A DNA stretch of 64,000 nucleotides, from the NCBI RefSeq assembly GCF_037042905.1, contig NC_087252.1, positions 15,812,001-15,876,000 on the forward strand. Direction: 5' to 3'. The notes below the pieces were generated by a model. The model ran no database searches, had not been told where the DNA came from, and saw nothing but the letters and a program-made list of their open reading frames with translations. This stretch comes from Lytechinus pictus. Its lineage: Eukaryota. Below, one piece after another: positions 29,101 through 41,640 of the stretch (within the stretch, counting starts at the first letter, position 1; every line of letters begins with the position of its first letter). The translations under genes were made by a program, and so were the position numbers.

Positions 29101-32100
29101 ATAAAAGAAACAATAATTACATTGATAAAATGATAATGATGATGATAATAATAAAAATTGTAATAATAATGATAATAATATAATAATTTCATAAAAATTT
29201 AGAGAAATGAATAAAAAATATATGACTTCATTATCAAGATATTGAAATTACATAGGCATAGGCCTAGATTAAATAGATTTATAAGGCTCATCATAACGAA
29301 GTTTTGTTAATTGTTGTTTGTACATGTTACAAATAATGATTTTGTACATATGATACGTGCGTCCGAAAACTCATTGAGTGAGAGGAATCAGAGTAACCCA
29401 AATAATATAATCCCAGATTATTCGAACAATAGACAGTTACCAAGGTTACACTTGCACTTCATTGTCTCCTTTTCAAACCTTTCTCAAAATGAATTGTAGT
29501 TCATCGACATCGTAACGTAATTTATTAACATTAATGGGATGAAACTTAAATTTTATTTGATCTAGATGCAAATAACTACTTCTTGCAAACAGATCCTTCA
29601 ATATCATTCCAAATCTAATGAAATATTTAACCTATAGTTTAAATGACAATGTACGCAACATCTTGTAATTCCAAGTGAAATAACATTAGAAAAAATACAT
29701 GTTCTAATTTTCTTCCTAGACTTGTTTACATTATTCTGTATAGTGTAATCCAGTTTCCGTTTTCAGTTGAGCTCGTTGTCATGATTTTAAAGGATCGTTT
29801 CTAACAAGCCCGAATTCCTTTTTAAATCTAATTGATCTTGTACACGGCACGAATCGGGTTAGATGATTGATCTTGTACACGTCTCGGCTCCGTTTGATCT
29901 TGTACGTATATGGTTCGATCTTGCACACGTACACCTCATGGCTCAATTTGATCTTGTACACGTCATAGTTCAGTTTGATCTTGCACACGTCATGGCTCAG
30001 TTTGATCTTGCACACGTCATGTCTCAGTTTGATCTTGCACACGTCATGGTTCAGTTTGATCTTGCACACGTCATGGCTCAGTTTGATCTTGCACACGTCA
30101 TGGCTCGTTTTGATCTTGCACACGTCATGGCTCAGTTTGATCTTGCACACGTCATGGCTCAGTTTGATCTTGCACACGTCATGGCTCAGTTTGAATTTGC
30201 ACACGTCATGGTTCAGTTTGATCTTGCACACGTCACGGCTCAGTTTGATCTTGCACACGTCACGGCTCAATATAATCTTGAACAAGTCACAGCTCTATTT
30301 GATTTTGCACACGTTACGACTCAGTTTGACCTTGCACACGTCATGGCTCAGTTTGATCTTGGACACGTCATGGTTCAGTTTGATCTTGCACACGTCATGG
30401 CTCAGTTTGATCTTGGACACGTCATGGCTCAGTATGATCTTGCACATGCCACAGCTCATTTTAATCTTGAATATCACGTCGCAGCTATATTCGATCTTGC
30501 AAGAGTCAGGGCTCAGCACATAGATCTTGCAAAACGCTACTGTTCAAATTCTGCCTCTTCACCTGCATACCAAACAAAACTTATTCAAAACACAAAATGA
30601 TGGAAAGAGAGCAAAAATGACGACGTACCTTCTGTGCAATACTGCTCCTTGAAGTATATGGAACATTGGCTATTCGACTCCAGTAGGCTTAAATTCGCGG
30701 TCACTTCGGTATCAAAACCACATATATCTGTATTGGTATCAGGATTAAATATATGTCTTGTTATAAGTATGTGTGCTTGTTTTCCCTTTTTTCATTAGAC
30801 CAGTTCGTATTCGTAGTTACTTCAAGGACAATTTTGGTCAAATGACCTTTCATTTCTTTCATTATGATAGGCAGATTTCAAAGCAAGATATTACGTAAGC
30901 ATGCCTTACATAGCAGGATGAAGAAATTGAATAGACCAGGGGAGCGTTTCATGAAAGGACTTGTCGGACGTTTTATCCGACAAGTCCCATTTTATCCGAC
31001 AGTTACCATAGGAACAGTGCCTCTCAGCCAATCAAAATCATGGAAAGATGTAAGATCTGACGACTTGTCGGATGAAAATATTGATGAAACGCTCCCCTGG
31101 TGACAAGAATAGCACTTCAATTAACACTTTATGAAAGTATTTGTTGCATTTCTACTTCGAATGCATAATAGAGCATGAAATACCAGTCGTTCGTGGACGC
31201 ATTGTTTTTTTGTGTGGATGTAAATGAAAAACACAATTCAAAAGAATATATGAATAATCAAGACATCAAAGTTGGTGCTTGTCTCATTAAATTTTAAACC
31301 ACCATGTCACCTTTGTACCAATGACCTTCCTCTGATCATGCGCAGAAAGGAACTACGAACTGGCTTATTATGAAAATGGGTGTATATACCACCAAACCTA
31401 TTGTCTTCTTTATGAGGCAAATTGGTCAGTGACAAACAATAATGCACTTCACCCAAGAAAACATGAAACTGAGAATTTTAGATGTATGAAATAATTATCA
31501 GAAGTTTATTCAGGGACCGCGAAACGTACTTTTTCAAAGTTCCACCGCCCCTGTTACAAATATAATTGCAAAATGACACATAAATTCAAAGCTCACATTA
31601 TATGGTGCGTACGGTACCCCGGTGCGTACCATTGAAGAAAAGATACAAAAACGCCTACTAATAAATGAGAACGACAAGCAAAAAATCTACATCATTCTCT
31701 TCTTTGATATAATACTTCAATCAAGGAAAAATGATTAACGAATAACGAATTTTTATTGGAATACTTGCATTTCCAACGCTTATATTTTGCATCATTCGCT
31801 AATATTTTTGGGAGAAATTGGCACAAACTATGCAAGGGTTCCCTGTGAACAAAGTGTATAAAACTATCATTGGACACCAGCATTGGTCTTTAAGCTCTGG
31901 CCATATCTGACTCCAAGGATAAGAATAATTTTACAGAGAAGGTCTATCTTTCTTATTTTGGAGAAACTTCCCTCTGCATGCATAGGAGACAATCTAATAG
32001 GATAAACGGAACAATAATTATTCTATAATTTTTGTTTGATCATAATTCGTATAATATGCCTTACCTTTCAGCTCCCAAGTATGCTGAGGAAGGGAAATAT

Positions 32101-34977
32101 TGCAGGAGCGAAAAAAGGGTGCTACCGGCTCGCTAAACGTTATGTTCCAAGAGATGTAGAGAAACATATCTGGTTTAAGGTTGATGTTCGTCATGTTTTG
32201 TGTGACTTCAGAGAGAAAGAGTGAGAGAAGCGAGAGAGAGGGGGAGATAGAGATTAATGTAATAGTGATATTCAACTCAGCATTCAAATGTCTAATTTTA
32301 TTGTTGACGATCGTGATGAGCATATACTCTTACTCCGCCTATCCCCCGAAAAAAAACTGATAACTTTAATTGATTACTGAACATTTTCACAAAATGCACC
32401 CAAAGCTGCACGGATCTTTTATTTTCACTTTATAAAATGCAAAAGCGTCTCATTGTTGTGAGTCTTGCCCCCCCCCCCTCCCGAAAAAAAAATCATGCCT
32501 ACGGCCAGGGTACTGCTAATACCTTGGTCACATTTGCTCTACGGCGGCCGTACGGCGAGTCGAAAACAGCCGTTTTAACATTTTTTGTCCAACTTCATAT
32601 AGGTGGTTTGAATTAAAATCAATAAAACGGCTGTTTTCGACTCGCCGTACGGCCGCCGTAGAGCAAATGTGACCAAGGTATAATAATATAATAAATTGTG
32701 ACGCAATAAGGATAATGATGAGAATAATGACGATAGATAATGAGAATTATAATAATATTAATGACATAAAGGCGGTGAAAGCAAAAATCAATGTCCAAAA
32801 AAGGAGATAAGTAATATACGCACAAACATGCATCAAAACCAAATAGGCCTACCGGGAACACGAGACGATTCAAAATTAAAAGCAAATATTGTTGAGATTA
32901 CCATCACGGCAGAGGCCTTCCATGATACTTGAGTAATTGATGTGGTAAGATTGGAAACACAGGTCTGTGAAATGACGCAAAAACAAAATTAGATATTTTT
33001 TTGCATCTTATTAAAAAAAAAATCAATGCACGTTTAGCTCCTCTGAAGCATATATGGATGAAGAATTCCTTTTTTAGAACCCCAAAACTTTAGCAGACAA
33101 TTAAAACAACATTATCATTGATATTTGTTTATGACTCAAATCTATCAAAACACGATATAACTAGAAAGGGAAAACTAATTTTGAAAGAAGCTTGATGCAG
33201 AAAATTTCATCAGAGTCGGATGAGAATTGGAAAATTGTGACATTTTAGATTCTCTCTCAATTTCACACACACACAACACACACCATTACACCCTCTCACA
33301 CACACCCACACACAAATCGAAGTTGGTATGCGAATGAGGGAATCCACCAACATCATCCACTCTACTTATTTCTTTCGTTGTGTTTGCATTTTGATGTTTA
33401 TAAGATGAATTATATCCTAGACAGGGGCCGCGGAACAGTTTTAAAGTGTGTGTGCGTGTGTGTGTGTGTGTGTGTGTGGGGGGGGCTAACCATGTAAAAA
33501 AATCACAATCAGATGGTCATTTGTACGTTTATGTATACGGTTTTGGAAAAAAAGTTGGGGGGGGGGGCTGAAGAACACCAACCCCCCCCCCGTTTCCGCG
33601 GCCCTTGCTAGAGAAAAATATCAAGGCGAATCTTCATTTGGAAGAAAATACTATGATTATCTGCCAAGGCCATTATGTAACATAAATCTTACCACCGATT
33701 ATCGGCTCGCAGGCTGGTTTATAGACGCCTTGGATTGTAAAGACATATTTTACCTCTACCACCAATGTTCCTATAATGGAACAAATTCCTGATTCTACAG
33801 TATCTATTAGGTATGAAAGAAATCGGGGTTAGGGTTTTTCATCATGCCGTATGAGATAATAGCAAAACTCTAGCCTAAAAATGATGAAATTAAAAATATA
33901 GAGTAGAACTCACCGATCAAAACGCTGAAAATCCTATCAAAATCTGATGAAAAAATAACGAAGTTATTAAATTTTAAAGTTTCGCAATACTTTTGTGAAA
34001 ACAGATATAGCAGTCATAAATATTCAGTAGGTGGGCTGATGACGTCATGTCTCCACGTTCCTCATTTATGCTATTACATGAAGTAATAATCATTTAATAT
34101 TTTCATACATGTGCCCCTCGCCTTTCAAACAGAGGGTCGTGGGTTCGAATCCTAGCCATGGCGTGTTTTCCTTCAGCAAGAAATTTATCCACACTGTACT
34201 GCACTCGACGCAGGTGAGGTGAATGGGTACCCGGCAGGATTAATTCCTTGCATGCACTGAGCGCCGGTGATGGTAGCTCGAGCTAAAACCGGGGTAATAA
34301 TAGCAAGCACTTTGTATCATCAGGCAAAACGCGCTTCATAAATCCAGCTATTATTATCTTTATCTCACGAATTTTATCAGTATTCATTAAAAAAAAATCA
34401 TTCTTGGATGAGAAACTGGAATGAATAAGAAATAAAATACATACTGAATTGTTTTTTTTTTACGATGAAGGAACACCACATTCTCAAAGGGTTTACGTCA
34501 AGGGGTATAGTACAACCTACAACATGACATTGCATTCATTTTATTGATTATTCCCTCAATTTATTTTTATTATTATTATTATTATTATTTTTTTTTTTTG
34601 GGGGGGGGCGTGGTGGCTGTCTAAAGATGACGAAATACACTTTATGAAATGACGAGCTTTCGATAACGTAGGCCTACTTGAAAGCCCATCGTGGAATATA
34701 ATGCAACAATATCCAATTAGTCATAAATTATTATTGTTGAATAAAGTAACAATTAAAAGCACACTAGAAAATTGAGTTACTTTCTTGTTGAGAATGATCA
34801 ACCGGGATTATAATATTATCGATAAAACCAATCCCTGAACTTACGTAGAGCATTATTATGCAGAAATGTCCAATCAAGAATGGATAATCATCTAAAATAC
34901 TTACTTCCAGAAACAGACAAAAGAAATAAGATGGCAGTGCTCATTCTGCATGGGAAAGGCATGATGTATTTATTCAT
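10432..34977 (-). CDS. Gene A: type-I transmembrane protein (~681 aa) with EGF-like domains, mucin-like stalk and Tyr/Pro-motif cytoplasmic tail; 13 coding exons
   Basis: Exons 34905-34977, 32902-32964, 32065-32205, 30629-30727, 28870-28995, 26731-26859, 24682-24822, 22986-23060, 14920-15054, 14356-14430, 13215-13421, 12153-12228 and 10432-11137 all have AG/GT boundaries and join into one 2046-nt frame. Extra or alternative small exons cannot be excluded. Confidence 0.8.
11425..11666. mobile_element. MITE with CACTG termini and 2-bp TSD (CACTA/EnSpm-like)
   Basis: ca|CACTGCAAAA...TTTTGCAGTG|ca with internal AACACCAG repeats. Confidence 0.75.
12153..12228 (-). CDS. Gene A transmembrane exon
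   Basis: LIAIGVILFAACIPLALVL followed by stop-transfer RRYYKA; ttgcag| acceptor and |gtaag donor. Confidence 0.88.
12300..12548 (-). mobile_element. tRNA-derived SINE
   Basis: Minus-strand GGTGGCTCAGTGGTAGAG (A box) and GGTTCAATCC (B box), with a (TTA)n-like tail. Confidence 0.75.
13215..13421 (-). CDS. Gene A Ser/Thr/Pro-rich juxtamembrane exon
   Basis: AASGTANQSSASASVTTQRSSPTPTASGTATS...; cctacag| and |gtaagc; phase 1-1. Confidence 0.8.
13490..13625. repeat. (GA)n-rich simple repeat
   Basis: Polypurine tract, i.e. polypyrimidine on the gene A strand upstream of exon 13215-13421. Confidence 0.9.
14045..14335. mobile_element. Degenerate MITE, related to ~26945-27160
   Basis: TTCGCAACCACTAC...AATCTATTG and CAATAGATT...GATTGCGAA are imperfect inverted ends. 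Confidence 0.55.
14356..14430 (-). CDS. Gene A truncated calcium-binding EGF-like exon
   Basis: EIDECASSPCGEGQICIDIENAYYC; acceptor ttaacag|, weak donor |gtatca. Confidence 0.7.
14920..15054 (-). CDS. Gene A EGF-like exon
   Basis: CHYNRCRTEQDGRVDCKINSNSTFNCTCKPGYIGVNCSC; tatcag| and |gtatg. Confidence 0.88.
15481..22014 (+). mobile_element. 6.5-kb non-autonomous DNA transposon with ~1.3-kb TIRs, TAGT...ACTA ends and 3-bp TSD (Academ-like)
   Basis: gca|TAGTCTGGTAGG...CCCCTACTA|gca; arms ~15481-16815 and ~20660-22014 are reverse complements. No intact transposase was seen. Confidence 0.85.
17345..19480 (+). pseudogene. Decayed Ty3/Gypsy pol (protease, RT remnant, RNase H, integrase)
   Basis: VDSRAS protease-like site; SAILGLLGCTDL; LQFYDP...DTSMKDLGACLLQEG; YRPGNDVILSDSLSRLP; H*HMGIESTRRLAR...CQ zinc motif; HITSSPHYPRSNGLAQRMIRTVK; SPAEMLFGRPIRT. 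Many frameshifts and stops; no LTRs seen. Confidence 0.9.
22039..22597. mobile_element. MITE with CCGGGG...CCCCGG ends and 8-bp TSD
   Basis: ATACACAT|CCGGGGGGGGGGGGCACTT...AAGTGCCCCCCCCCCCGG|ATACACAT. Confidence 0.85.
22986..23060 (-). CDS. Gene A short Ser/Thr-rich exon
   Basis: DFNEMNAITSAPDNTTSEDLSSQCE; ttcag| and |gtacgt; phase 1-1. Confidence 0.65.
24682..24822 (-). CDS. Gene A mucin-like exon
   Basis: DIVNQTWGILTQTETTEQALSTHGQDTESSSIAMSTIESTVVSTEIQ; tgtag| and |gtatgt; phase 1-1. Confidence 0.72.
24985..25568. mobile_element. TTAA-flanked MITE, family of 9420-10004
   Basis: TTAA|AGGAGAATGAAAC...GTTTCATTCTCCT|TTAA. Confidence 0.85.
26112..26709. mobile_element. TTAA-flanked MITE with long TIRs
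   Basis: TTAA|AGGGATGGTCCGGGCTGAAA...TTTCAGCCCGGACCATCCCT|TTAA. Confidence 0.85.
26731..26859 (-). CDS. Gene A mucin-like exon
   Basis: EITVATSGISRRTTTQQPLTTSWPDIIVSSAVTSTLKSVKTSA; tgtag| and |gttcgt; phase 1-1. Confidence 0.7.
28870..28995 (-). CDS. Gene A EGF-like exon
   Basis: ACYSAPCQNGGICSSVDTNTAMCACPTGYYGPYC, a canonical 6-Cys EGF; ttacag| and |gtgag. Confidence 0.92.
29860..30530. repeat. 27-bp tandem minisatellite (~24 copies) in a gene A intron
   Basis: Unit GTTTGATCTTGCACACGTCATGGCTCA. Confidence 0.95.
30629..30727 (-). CDS. Gene A N-terminal Cys-containing exon
   Basis: DICGFDTEVTANLSLLESNSQCSIYFKEQYCTE; atacag| and |gtacgt; phase 1-1. Confidence 0.72.
32065..32205 (-). CDS. 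Gene A exon 3
   Basis: VTQNMTNINLKPDMFLYISWNITFSEPVAPFFRSCNISLPQHTWELK; pyrimidine tract plus gaag|, donor |gtaagg; N-glycosylation sequons. Confidence 0.72.
32520..32680. mobile_element. Palindromic TA-flanked MITE; second copy ~40081-40230
   Basis: TACCTTGGTCACATTTGCTCTACGGCGGCCGTACGGCGAGTCGAAAACAGCCG has an exact inverted counterpart at the other end. Confidence 0.8.
32902..32964 (-). CDS. Gene A exon 2
   Basis: NLCFQSYHINYSSIMEGLCRD; ttcacag| and |gtaatc. Confidence 0.68.
34113..34357 (+). mobile_element. tRNA-derived SINE, family also at 50891-51166 and 52052-52350
   Basis: GGGTTCGAATCC B box, shared core CAGCAAGAAATTTATCCAC...CAGGTGAGGTGAATGGGTAC, and (TTA)n tail. Confidence 0.8.
34905..34977 (-). 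CDS. Gene A first coding exon (signal peptide)
   Basis: MNKYIMPFPCRMSTAILFLLSVSG then A|gtaagt; hydrophobic core typical of a signal peptide. The true start Met is uncertain. Confidence 0.7.
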
Positions 34978-36090
34978 CTGATGATATCCTTTACTTTCGG
35001 AGAATGGTCTAAAATGGTCCAAAATCTAACCAGATTCAAACGAACAAAAATATGAAGAATCGCCGAAATATCACATGTTAGCCTCAATGTATCACCCAGA
35101 GAACTAGGCGAAGAATATTGCGATCTACGAATCACCCATAATTAGTCTTCTTTTTGACAAACAATATCTCATTCAAACTAATCCGCATTCTGTTTAATTG
35201 GAAACTGGAAATGTAAGCTGTCAAAAATGAGGAAATTGTGAAGCGTTAGTGTTTGCCTTCCACTCTTAGCGTTTTATGAACCATAATGAACATCGATTCA
35301 TCCGACATCTTGGCTTATTTTCATCAAATAACATGCATATATTGGTCTCGGTCTTCCATAACATTTTCTAGCATTTCGTGATTTATGCTTATCTCTACCT
35401 AAAGACAACATCCCCCATCCAATTCAATGTGTGATATGATCATTTATGTTTTTGAAAAAAATACAGAAATAAATTATAGAATCAATTTGTCTTATCTAAA
35501 AACACACACACACACGCTATAATGGAATAGAAGCAGATTCGTTACGCTTAAATTGTAAGAAAAAATTTAACTTTTAATTCCTTACCCTGAAATATCAGTG
35601 ATGCAAAATATTTATATTTGTCCATAATATTCATGAAATATATCCGCCTAAAAATTATATCATAATATATCTTTTCACTGCTGTAATAACAAGACCTACG
35701 GGCCAATGAGACTTCAGAGACTACCAATTTGCTGAAAATTTAAATTTAGAAAAAAATATTTCTATCTCGTTCATAAATGAAGTTTCAAACTTTCATATTT
35801 TAAGATAATCTAGACAACCCTTCTGATATGTATAGGCCTACGGCGCAATAATGTAATGAACCACAAATTTTGATGGGGCCAGAAAGGGAGTACAGGCATG
35901 ATCGAGCAGCATTTCTTGATAGAAAAAAGCTGCGAGAGAGCAAAGCGAGCCAGAAAACATTGATCTTCTTAAAAGAATAATCTAATTTTTAACAGATTTT
36001 GTCAATTACCCATTAACCAAATATGAGCATATTGAAGTCGGCACGATGTAACTTTTATTTTATTTATTTATTTCATTTATTATCATTATA

Positions 36091-36125
<35 letters not shown>

Positions 36126-36735
36126 GGGGGGGGGTGATACGGCACGGAATGACCCATTTACATTGCATGATATAAATTTTCGAGATGCCAAAATTAGTGG
36201 AGGGAGGAAATCGATATGTTCATGGGGGGGGGGGGGGCGATAGACTGGATGCATCTGTCTCAATTATCTACATTCTGTCTTCATTCAATCTCAGCGATAA
36301 TAATTTAGAAGTAGTGTACAACCTTACTAGTATCATATAAACTATAAAATAGAGTCGGGTCATTTCAATAAGGTCCCACTTACGGGCCGAACTTAAGCAT
36401 TCACTTAGGCCTAAATATTCTACAGATTTGACCAAATGATGTATTGAAAAGTATTTTTTTTATTGGCACACACATTCGGATCCACCCTCTCACACACAGG
36501 CACACACTCACACAAGGACATTTCGTAAGAATCTTTGGTATCAACAAAACACAAATCACTACAAAGATAAACAAAAAGGCAATTCTTGTTAAAGTTAAAA
36601 AGTGACTTTTATTCATTACAAAGATATAGATTTGTGGCATACATACACAATAAAAATTATTTAGACCTCTTGAATTTTCATAGGATTAAAATACCATTAA
36701 ATGATGAATTTGTGGTTGATGAAAATTAATATTAA

Positions 36736-37314
36736 AGGAAAATGAAACCTGTGAAACACGATAGCCTGTGTTAAAACAGAAGAATCAAAGAAACAGATCA
36801 ACAAAAGTTTGAGAAAAATTGAATGAATAATAAGAAAGTTATGAGCATTTGCAGTTTAGATCATTATCATAATGTAGATCCTCCAGTTGGCAATGCGACA
36901 AAGATGTGTGATGTCACTTGTGAAGAACTTTCCCATTATTTTTCTATATATTTCACTTAAACTGCCTCTTTTATCACATCTATCAGTAGATCATGTATTC
37001 TTTTAATAAGAGGGCGTGTAATATGGATTTTTAAAGAATACATTATGGATAAAGAGTTTGTATCACTATAAGAGCAAAAAGGGACATTTGAGGGGTATTT
37101 TATAGTCCCTTACAGGGAAAGTTGCTCACATGTGACATCACACATCTTTGTCGCATTGCCAACAGGAGGATCTCCAGAGCATTAGTGATTGCAATATTCA
37201 AATGCTCATGACTTTCTCATTATATGTCCGATTTTTCTCAAACTTTCTTTGATATTATTCTTTGATTTTTCTCTTTCCACACAAGCCCACTTGTTCCAAA
37301 GGTTTCATTCCCCT
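36736..37314. mobile_element. TTAA-flanked MITE, family of 9420-10004
   Basis: TTAA|AGGAAAATGAAACC...GGTTTCATTCCCCT|TTAA. Confidence 0.85.
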
Positions 37315-37571
37315 TTAATAACAATGACGATAAAAATAATGCACTTAGCGTCTCACACATGTACATATACACCAATATACAGTATGAAATAAACAATTAT
37401 TCTCGGATATATATTATTGGTAGTTTCATGCAGCTTTATGAGATAAGTACAATTACATTTATATAATGATCAATATATGAGTTGAATGTGGAATATTTGG
37501 TTGATAGTTTATCATATTGTATCGTATATCATGTTATAGTATATTGTATATTATTAATATATCAATAGTAA

Positions 37572-38160
37572 AGGACAAGTCCACCTCAACAAAAAGTTGA
37601 TTTGAATAAAAAGAAAAAAATCCAACAAGCATAATGCTGAAAATTTCATCAAAATCGGATGTGAAATAAGAAAGTTATGACATTTTAAGTTTTGCTTAAT
37701 TTCACAAAGCAGTAACATGCACATACCAGTTCGTATGCAAATGAGGGAATTGATGACATCACTCAATCACCATTTCTTTTGTATTTTATTATGTAAAATA
37801 TTCACATTTTCTCCCCATTGTCCTGTGAAACAAAGTTTTATTTCTCCCTGAACATGTGGAATTACCATTGTTTAACATTTTGTGGTTCAGTCAAGTTGGT
37901 CCTTATTGTCAAATTTGTAAAAATTGAAATAAATTCAAATAATAAAATACAAAAGAAGTAGTAAGTGAGGGACATCATCGATTCTCTCATGTGCATGTGA
38001 CTAAATTGAACATATAACTATGTTGTGAAAAATAAGTGAAATATCAAAACGTCATAACTTTCTTATTTTACATCCGACTTTGATGAAATTTTCAGCATTA
38101 TGCTTGTCTGATTTTTCTCTTTTGATACAAATCAGCATTTTCCGGAGATGGACTTGACCT
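37572..38160. mobile_element. TTAA-type MITE (AGGACAAGTCCA...TGGACTTGACCT)
   Basis: Inverted ends; TTAA on the right, GTAA on the left. Confidence 0.75.
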
Positions 38161-41100
38161 TTAAGTGACAAAACATGCAATTTCCTGAGAAAATCTAAAA
38201 TAATTTCACGTGTGCATGCATTATATCATCAGGCTATTCATTTTCATACTTCCTACTAGAACTAAAATATTTTCAGTCTTAAAACATTTAAAAAGTTGAA
38301 TTTAGGGCTTTTATATCACATGCACTATGGGGCAGTCATACACAGTATGAAATAAACATATTTATTCTCAGATATATATTATTGGTAGTTTTATGCAGCT
38401 TTATGAGATAAGTACAATTACATTTATATAATGATCAATATATGAGTTGAATGTGGAATATTTGGTTGATAGTTCATTATATTGTAGGCCTATCAATACA
38501 CTGTATTATAACAAGCGACATAAATTTCATGTGTACATGCATTATAAACATCAGTCCATTCATTTTCATACTTCCTAATAGAACTAAAATATTTTCAGTC
38601 ATAAAACATTTAAAAAAGTTAAATTTTTGTTTTATTTTATATCACATGCCCTATGGTGCAGCTGCTCACATATGACATCACAAATTAAACCCATGTTAGC
38701 TCTCTTATTCTTGGATGGACTTTTGTAAAAACTTCCCCAATATTGGACTCAATTTTGTCTTTTGGTGAAATACCATAATCGCCCGGGAAGGTTCTCTGTA
38801 AATAGCTAAAGGATAAAAATTGTATAAAAATATAGAATTTTTTTATCTCAATAAACAAGAAAGTGAGGTAAGACTTCTCCTTTAAATGAGTTCCTATATA
38901 CAAGATAAATTGTAGTTTTATCATGTGTATTCAAAAAGGTTTCTTTGACAATTTATCATGTAAAGCATTAACATTAAGTGAGTTAATTATTCAAAACACT
39001 GACACTTCTAGGACTATATTTTGAACCAAGACATTGTCATGGTCTACAATGTAAGTCTGGGTAAATATAATGGAAACCCATAAGCATCAAATATTTGCAC
39101 AAAAATCGTTTGCTTCTTGTGAATTTACTGCATTTCTCATGGCCCTGAGAAGCAGGGTCCTACTCTCTTTATTGGTTTATTTCCACTTCGTCCCATTGCC
39201 AACTTGTCTACTATCATTTTCTTTTTCTTTTTTGTGTAACTCTTGGTTTAGATATTCATGTTTAGTTCTCTTTCGTAAGTTGGTTTTTTGTTAGGGTTTA
39301 GCTTAGGCCTGGTGTTTTTAGAGCCCTTGTGAGTTATGAACCTGCCGGATTGCCTTCTGGGCAAGTTCCTTAAACTGCGGGTGAACAGGGCATTAAGATC
39401 AGGCACCAGTCCCCGTAGATATATTTTTAAGTGTTGTTTAATGTAATTTCATTACTATAAAAAATATTAGTTATTTATTGTAAAGCGCTTTGATCATATT
39501 TTTGGTAAAGCGCTATATAAGTACCTGTTATGTATTTGTTCTACCATCAGTTCATCCACTATCCACATGGTCTAATTGCCAATTCGTCCACTCACCATTT
39601 CGTCTAAATGGATTACGTGTTAATTGTGCAATATAAATGAAAATGAAATGGATATGAGACGAAATGGTCATAGACGAAATGGTCATAGATGAAATGGTGA
39701 TTAGACGAAGTGATTGGACCAAATGGTTGTTAAACGAAATATTGGACGGAACGGCATTAGACTAAATGAAGAAGACCATGTGGTGAGTAGACGATTTGGC
39801 AAGTTACCTCATTATGTACCATAGGTAGGACCCCCTGGAAATCAGGTTGACAAGCAAAACAAAAAAAAGTAAATGAAATTGAATCTCTTGAAATTGAGAG
39901 CAATAACCCAATTTTTTGCTTATTTTTTTCTGACAACTGCCCTGAACAAATCCCCAGCTAAGTGCCCCCTAGTTAAACAAGTCATTCCCATGGGCTCTGA
40001 TATTTCCCAAGACTGAGTGGTGAAGAAAACTATCGTCTTTTTCATTTCAAAATTACAAACCAACTTAAAATGGTTTGTAATACCTCGGTCACATTTGCTC
40101 TACGACGAGTCGAAAACAGCCGTCTTAAATTTTTTTGTACCAGCTACATAGAGGTGGTTCAAATAAAATGAATAAAATGGCGGTTTTCTACTCACCGCAC
40201 GGCCGCCGTAGAGCAAATGTGACCAAGGTATAATGCTTTGAGTGTAAATTTTGAAGGTACTTTCGATCACCTGGGTCCCGTTTCATAAAGAATTGGCATA
40301 ATAACAAATGCACAATCTCTTTAACAAATTTACTTTCAGCCAATCGGATAGAAGGATTTCAGTAGCTTTTATCTGTTATTGTAAATTTATTATTTATAAC
40401 AAGTTGCCTGAAACGGACCCCTGATCATGGAGATGCCACCTTCGGCTTCCCACTGTTAGACTTCAACTACTTCAGACCATGGTTTGGATTAGACCAGAAA
40501 TCAAAATATGGGTCTATTAATATAATCTTTTCTTTATTAATTGTAGCCAGTCACCACAAAACCAACAATAAACAGCCAAATCAGTAATTTTGTTTCAAAA
40601 ATGTAAAAAAATATAAAATTATCTTATTTGAAAGAATGATTCTTTCTCTTTATACTGTCAAATGTTTAGATGTAAAGTGAAACAAAAGATGAGATACAAG
40701 ATTCTTTGACACCACTTTTTTTCTGGACTTCTTAGAAGTGTTGAGCTCAAATGAACCCCAGTTTTTGCACCTTGTTTTCTCCTTATATTTTGAAGCTCTT
40801 ACTGATTTTTTTTCTACATTAAATCAAGTAATTGTGTGTGTTAATGTTGATCGATTTTGACAAGTTATGTATCATTTTAAAGCTTTAGGATGTGCTTGTT
40901 TACACTCGATGAAATACTCATAAATCATTTTATTGAAATTATGTTGGTTTTGGGGTAGCAGGTCACAGCGACAAAAGGAAAACATGTCATGTATCTCAGT
41001 CATAGTCTACACATTTCCAATTACATATAACGACACAGACACCAGTTCTGCACATTTCCTCAGTGTATCAAATAATGACACTAATATGTATGAAAGCACA

Positions 41101-41409
41101 AAATAATACTGATACATGTCTTACTTCACTGATGAATACATTCAAATGCTAGACATGATGCTTCGCTATTCATTTCATATCAAATAATAAAATAAAACAA
41201 TTATGTTAGAAAAATATATGGTGGCAACAACTGGTTTGCAATTTGATCACATGATTATATTTCATTTACAAATGAATTAAAAAGAGGGGTGAAAATATTG
41301 GTTTCTCAAAATAGAAATGTCTCTGGAATATTCTACAAAAATGGCCTTGGAGGTAGACTATGCTATGAGGCAATCGAGGTATCTATCAATCTTTCTAGCA
41401 AGCAATTTT

Positions 41410-41640
41410 TTTATTTATCTATCTTTTCAAGTACTGTATCTATTTGTCTATCTATCTATCTGCCTACCTATTTCCCTTTCTTTCTATCCATCCATTAATC
41501 TATCAATCCATCCATTCATTTATCCATCTATCAATTCACCTATCCATCCATCCATCTATATATCTATCTATCTATCTATCAATCTCTTTCTATCTGTCTA
41601 TATTCCTTTCTTTCTATCACCCAACAATCCACCTATCTTT
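41410..41640. repeat. (TCTA/TCCA)n simple repeat
   Basis: Direct reading. Confidence 0.85.

Noticed and set aside
29779..30600. 168-245 aa repetitive ORFs on both strands
   Set aside because: Artefact of a stop-free 27-bp minisatellite; no splice signals linking it to gene A.
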